Assembly: GCF_900289195.1 (NCBI RefSeq)
Contig: NZ_OMOH01000008.1
Span: 60,001 to 92,000, forward strand
Origin: Propionibacterium ruminifibrarum
GTDB taxonomy: Bacteria > Actinomycetota > Actinomycetes > Propionibacteriales > Propionibacteriaceae
DNA: 32,000 nucleotides
Reading direction: 5' to 3'
Shown here: positions 28,876 to 32,000 of the stretch, one piece after another
Layout: every line of letters begins with the position of its first letter
Numbering within the stretch: the first letter of the stretch is position 1
Made by a program: the position numbers and the translations under genes
Notes under the pieces: model-generated
What the model saw: the letters and a program-made list of their open reading frames with translations, nothing else
What the model was told of the DNA's origin: nothing
Databases searched by the model: none

Positions 28876-30081
28876 GTGACCGATATGCCCCCGGGTTGGC
28901 CTCGCACCAAGCGTCGCCTGTGGACTCGTCCCCTTGGTTACCCGAGTAGTTCGACGCTGCTGGAACGGCGCCGCGCGCATGTTTCACGTGAAACGGTACA
29001 TACCGTGGTGAGCTCTCCCGTGCCGGTGAATGCTGATCGGGGAACCAGCACCGGACCGACCCCACAGGATCTCGAAGTGACCAGGCATGACAGCAGGCAG
29101 GATCCGGAAACGCCACCCGATCCCGCGACACAAGTCGCAACGGAGGTCACCACACCGTCTGGTACCGCAACGGACGTGAAGCCGGCGGATGAGCGACAGG
29201 AGAATGCCGCTCCCAAACGTGGTCAGTGGACAGAGAACGTCATGAATGTTTCACGTGAAACGCGGCGGCGTTCGACGCGGTTGCCCAAGCCGGTGACAAC
29301 GCGACGAATCGTCGTGGCGAACCAGAAGGGCGGTGTGGGCAAGACGACCACATCGGTCAACCTGGCCGTGGCACTTGCCCAAGGCGGGCTCAGGGTGCTG
29401 GTCGTCGATATTGATCCCCAGGGGAACGCATCAACTGCGCTCGGAATTCCCCATGTGGAAGGAACACCGAGCACCTACGAGGTACTCCTGGACGACATGA
29501 AACTTGCCGATGCAGTCGTCGGCTCGCCCGAGGCCGACAACCTGTTCGTCCTGCCAGCGACGATCGATCTCGCGGGGGCTGAACTGGAACTCGTTTCGAG
29601 GGTCGCTCGAGAGCAGAAACTGCTCAGGGCCGTCCGTGAGTACCTGACCGACCACGAGTTCGACTACGTCTTCTATGATTGCCCGCCTTCGCTGGGACTC
29701 CTGACGGTCAACGCCCTGGTCGCTGCGACGGACATCCTCATCCCGATCCAATGCGAGTACTACGCTCTCGAAGGCGTGACGCAGCTCATGCGCACCATCC
29801 AGCTGGTCAGTGGCGAGCTCAACCCTGAACTGAGGTTGTGGGCCGTTCTTCTCACGATGTTCGATGGCAGGACGAAACTCTCGGCCCAGGTCGCCGAAGA
29901 GGTGCGTAACCACTTCAGGGATGAGACCCTCGCAACGGTCATACCGAGGTCGGTGCGGGTCAGTGAGGCGCCGAGTTATGGGCAGACGGTCATCACATAC
30001 GACGATCATTCGGTGGGTGCGGACGCCTATCGAACAGTCGCGGCGGAACTGGCCGCCCGAGCAGCTGAGGAGCAGTCATGA
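28876..30081 (+). CDS. parA: chromosome partitioning ATPase ParA (Soj)
   Basis: Deviant Walker A VANQKGGVGKTTTSVNLA, VLVVDIDPQGNAS, FYDCPPSLGLLTVNAL. The ORF is open from GTG 28876; ATG 29242 gives the minimal ParA, so the start is uncertain. ATGA overlap with parB. Confidence 0.9.
   Translation: MTDMPPGWPRTKRRLWTRPLGYPSSSTLLERRRAHVSRETVHTVVSSPVPVNADRGTSTGPTPQDLEVTRHDSRQDPETPPDPATQVATEVTTPSGTATDVKPADERQENAAPKRGQWTENVMNVSRETRRRSTRLPKPVTTRRIVVANQKGGVGKTTTSVNLAVALAQGGLRVLVVDIDPQGNASTALGIPHVEGTPSTYEVLLDDMKLADAVVGSPEADNLFVLPATIDLAGAELELVSRVAREQKLLRAVREYLTDHEFDYVFYDCPPSLGLLTVNALVAATDILIPIQCEYYALEGVTQLMRTIQLVSGELNPELRLWAVLLTMFDGRTKLSAQVAEEVRNHFRDETLATVIPRSVRVSEAPSYGQTVITYDDHSVGADAYRTVAAELAARAAEEQS
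28980..28995. promoter_or_regulatory. parS centromere-like site 1
   Basis: TGTTTCACGTGAAACG matches 15 of 16 positions of the consensus TGTTTCACGTGAAACA. The 14-bp core GTTTCACGTGAAAC is a perfect palindrome. Confidence 0.85.
29247..29262. promoter_or_regulatory. parS centromere-like site 2
   Basis: TGTTTCACGTGAAACG, identical to site 1 and 267 bp downstream of it. It overlaps the alternative parA start ATG 29242. Confidence 0.85.
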
Positions 30082-31001
30082 GCGCACGTCAGGGCGGACT
30101 TGGACGAGGTCTGGGGGAACTCTTCCAGCGCACAGATCTTCCAGCAGCAGCGCCGTCGGACAACCCCTCCGCCCCCGATTCTGACACCGCCCCGGCCGTC
30201 ATGCCGGACGGCTCCTACTTCTCGGAGATCCCAGTCGCCTCAATCCGACCGAACCCGCAACAGCCCCGCCAGGTGTTCAGCGAGGAGGAACTCACCGAAC
30301 TCAGTGAATCGATCAAGGAAGTCGGGTTGCTGCAGCCCATCGTCGTCAGGGCCACTGACGGTGACGGTTACGAACTGGTCATGGGTGAACGGCGACTGAG
30401 GGCTCATGAGAAGGCCGGCATCGAGATGATCCCGGCGATCGTGCGCAAGACCGATGATTCGACGATGCTCACCAATGCCCTGCTCGAGAACCTGCACCGT
30501 GTGCAGTTGAACCCGTTGGAGGAGGCGGCTGCATACGAGCAGCTCATGCGGGATTTCGACATCACGCAGGAACAACTCTCGGCCCGCATCAAGAAGTCAC
30601 GACCACACATCTCCAACACGATCCGACTCCTGAAACTGCCGGTCACTGTTCAGCGTCGAGTCGCAGCGGGCATTCTTTCGGCCGGTCATGCTCGGGCGCT
30701 CTTGACCCTCGAGGATCCCCTGGCCGTCGAGGAACTCGCGCAGCGCATCGTCGCCGAGGGGCTCTCCGTCAGGGCGACAGAGGAGATCGTCACGCTGGCA
30801 GCAGGGCGCACCGAGAAGAAACCCACCCGCGCACGCCGTGCCACGACCCCGCACCCGAGGGCGGAGTCGATCGCTCATGATCTGGCTGATCGATTCGACA
30901 CGAGGGTCAAGGTGACCATCGGGCGCAACAAGGGCAGTATCACGATCGATTTTGCCGGTGAGGACGATCTTGAGCGCATCCTCGGAATCATCGGGGGATG
31001 A
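30078..31001 (+). CDS. parB: chromosome partitioning protein ParB (Spo0J)
   Basis: MSARQGGLGRGLGELF, IRPNPQQPRQVFSEEELTELSESIKEVGLLQPIVVR, VMGERRLRAHEKAG (arginine patch), HTH QEQLSARIKKSRPHISNTIRLLKLP. Confidence 0.95.
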   Translation: MSARQGGLGRGLGELFQRTDLPAAAPSDNPSAPDSDTAPAVMPDGSYFSEIPVASIRPNPQQPRQVFSEEELTELSESIKEVGLLQPIVVRATDGDGYELVMGERRLRAHEKAGIEMIPAIVRKTDDSTMLTNALLENLHRVQLNPLEEAAAYEQLMRDFDITQEQLSARIKKSRPHISNTIRLLKLPVTVQRRVAAGILSAGHARALLTLEDPLAVEELAQRIVAEGLSVRATEEIVTLAAGRTEKKPTRARRATTPHPRAESIAHDLADRFDTRVKVTIGRNKGSITIDFAGEDDLERILGIIGG

Positions 31002-31023
31002 GCAGCACCTGGATCCATCACGA

Positions 31024-31057
31024 CTGAGGGGCCCCGGAATGATCCGGAGCCCCTCAG
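31024..31057. terminator. bidirectional terminator hairpin between convergent parB and the osmC-like gene
   Basis: CTGAGGGGCCCCGGA-atga-TCCGGAGCCCCTCAG is a 15-bp stem with one mismatch and a 4-nt loop, 23 nt after the parB stop. Confidence 0.6.
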
Positions 31058-31059
31058 CT

Positions 31060-31088
31060 ATAAAGAGATTTGTCGATAAAACTATTTA
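31060..31088. repeat. copy 2 of the AT-rich TTTGTCGATAAA element
   Basis: ATAAAGAGATTTGTCGATAAAACTATTTA matches 21 of 29 positions of 28000-28028 (ATAAATCGTTTTGTCGATAAATTGGTTTC), including the exact 12-mer. Same orientation. Confidence 0.6.
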
Positions 31089-31537
31089 CCAGCTCGTGAC
31101 GAGGCGACCACTGTGCCATCGACGAGGGCGTCGACCCGGGTGGGATGTTCAACCGTCCGCCCGACGGTGCAGTCTCGGTCATGGCTCGAGCGGACCAGCT
31201 CGGCGACCAGGTCAGCGGCCCGATCACCGGACTCGTCTGCGCAGAACTCCAGGTGGAAGTCCATCGCCAGGTGGTCGAGGGCCGAAGCACCGGCCTCGTC
31301 GGGTCCCCACTCGCCGGCGACGCGCACCCGGAAGTCCGTCGGCTCGCTGACGGGCGAGACGCCGGCATCGACGTCGATCGCACTGCAGGCGCCGGCAGCG
31401 GCCATGAGCAGTTCGACGGGGTTGAACAGTCCTTCGCCGCGGCCCAGCTCGATGCTGGCGCCGGCCTCGTTGGTCGCCACGTAACGATACGGACCCGTTC
31501 TCCGCAGGTGAACGCTGGCGTGTCTGCGCGAACCCAT
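31082..31537 (-). CDS. OsmC-family protein (putative thiol peroxidase/redox protein)
   Basis: GLFNPVELLMAAAGACSAIDV and SSHDRDCTVGRTV give the OsmC-family two-Cys pattern. The ATG overlaps the trxA stop (TAATG). Confidence 0.75.
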   Translation of the reverse strand: MGSRRHASVHLRRTGPYRYVATNEAGASIELGRGEGLFNPVELLMAAAGACSAIDVDAGVSPVSEPTDFRVRVAGEWGPDEAGASALDHLAMDFHLEFCADESGDRAADLVAELVRSSHDRDCTVGRTVEHPTRVDALVDGTVVASSRAGK

Positions 31538-31860
31538 TAGAGGAATTCTTCGATGACCTTGAGCAGGCCGGACCTGTTCTTGGCCCCTTGGAACTGCTTG
31601 ACGACCTGGCCGTTCTGGTAGATCTGCACGGTGGGCAGGCCGAGAACCCCCTGCTGGGTCGGCACGGCGGTGTTGGCATTGGTGTCGAGCTTGACGAAGT
31701 TGATGCGGTCGCCGTACTCCTCGCTGAGCTCATCGAGGATGGGGCTCATGCGCTTGCACGGGGCGCACCAGTCGGCCCAGAAGTCGACGAGGGTGGGCTT
31801 GTCGGAACCCAGGACGACATCGTTGAAGGTGGCATCGGTGACATCGGTCACATTGCTCAT
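31537..31860 (-). CDS. trxA: thioredoxin
   Basis: 107 aa with the active site DFWADWCAPCKRMSP (WCxPC). Confidence 0.95.
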   Translation of the reverse strand: MSNVTDVTDATFNDVVLGSDKPTLVDFWADWCAPCKRMSPILDELSEEYGDRINFVKLDTNANTAVPTQQGVLGLPTVQIYQNGQVVKQFQGAKNRSGLLKVIEEFL

Positions 31861-31905
31861 GGGGAACTACTTCCTCTTGCGTGGTGTGTGCGTGCAGGGT
31901 CAATC

Positions 31906-32000
31906 CTAGGCAGCGCCCGCCGGCGTGGCCGTGAGGCGATCGTCCAGCGCGGCGATGTAGCTCTCGGCGTCCAGGGCGGCACGGCAGCCGGTCCCGGCGG
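31906..32000 (-). CDS. trxB: thioredoxin reductase, C-terminal fragment (continues beyond the right edge)
   Basis: The reverse translation of 32000..31906 reads AGTGCRAALDAESYIAALDDRLTATPAGAA-stop. This matches the conserved AGTGC.AALDAE..L end of TrxB. Only 31 codons are in the window. Confidence 0.75.
   Translation of the reverse strand, partial: AGTGCRAALDAESYIAALDDRLTATPAGAA

Overview
This window is the replication-origin neighbourhood of a high-G+C actinobacterial chromosome. The conserved core on the minus strand is dnaA, dnaN, recF, DUF721/dciA, gyrB, gyrA and DUF3566. On the plus strand it is rpmH, rnpA, yidD, yidC, jag, rsmG, parA and parB, followed by a convergent trxB-trxA-osmC operon. 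Two parS sites with perfect palindromic cores sit in the parA 5' region, and DnaA-box clusters flank dnaA on both sides. Three things are not ordinary. (i) dnaA and dnaN, which are adjacent with oriC between them in the actinobacteria I know, are separated here by about 9 kb. That gap carries an orphan siroheme sulfite/nitrite reductase with a roughly 300-nt leader. It also carries a MacB/FtsX-type ABC transporter whose ATPase has a ~500-aa proline-rich tail with a repeated TRITFSSPR motif. The third unit is an ohrR / degenerate bacterioferritin-like / ohr module with a regular ATTG-N4-CAAT operator array. (ii) A ~29-bp AT-rich element (core TTTGTCGATAAA) occurs once inside rsmG, written in rare A/T-ending codons as part of a 35-bp imperfect palindrome. 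It occurs again just after parB, so the two copies bracket the parS-parAB locus. (iii) The left end has a tRNA-Ile followed by an accessory block that is head-on to replication if the origin lies next to dnaA (yjbR-tetR-quinone oxidoreductase-carboxylesterase), plus a BrnT/BrnA-like toxin-antitoxin pair. I saw no transposase, integrase, CRISPR array or rRNA. All family calls are by-eye motif recognition from the supplied translations and the raw sequence; no database search or computation was possible.
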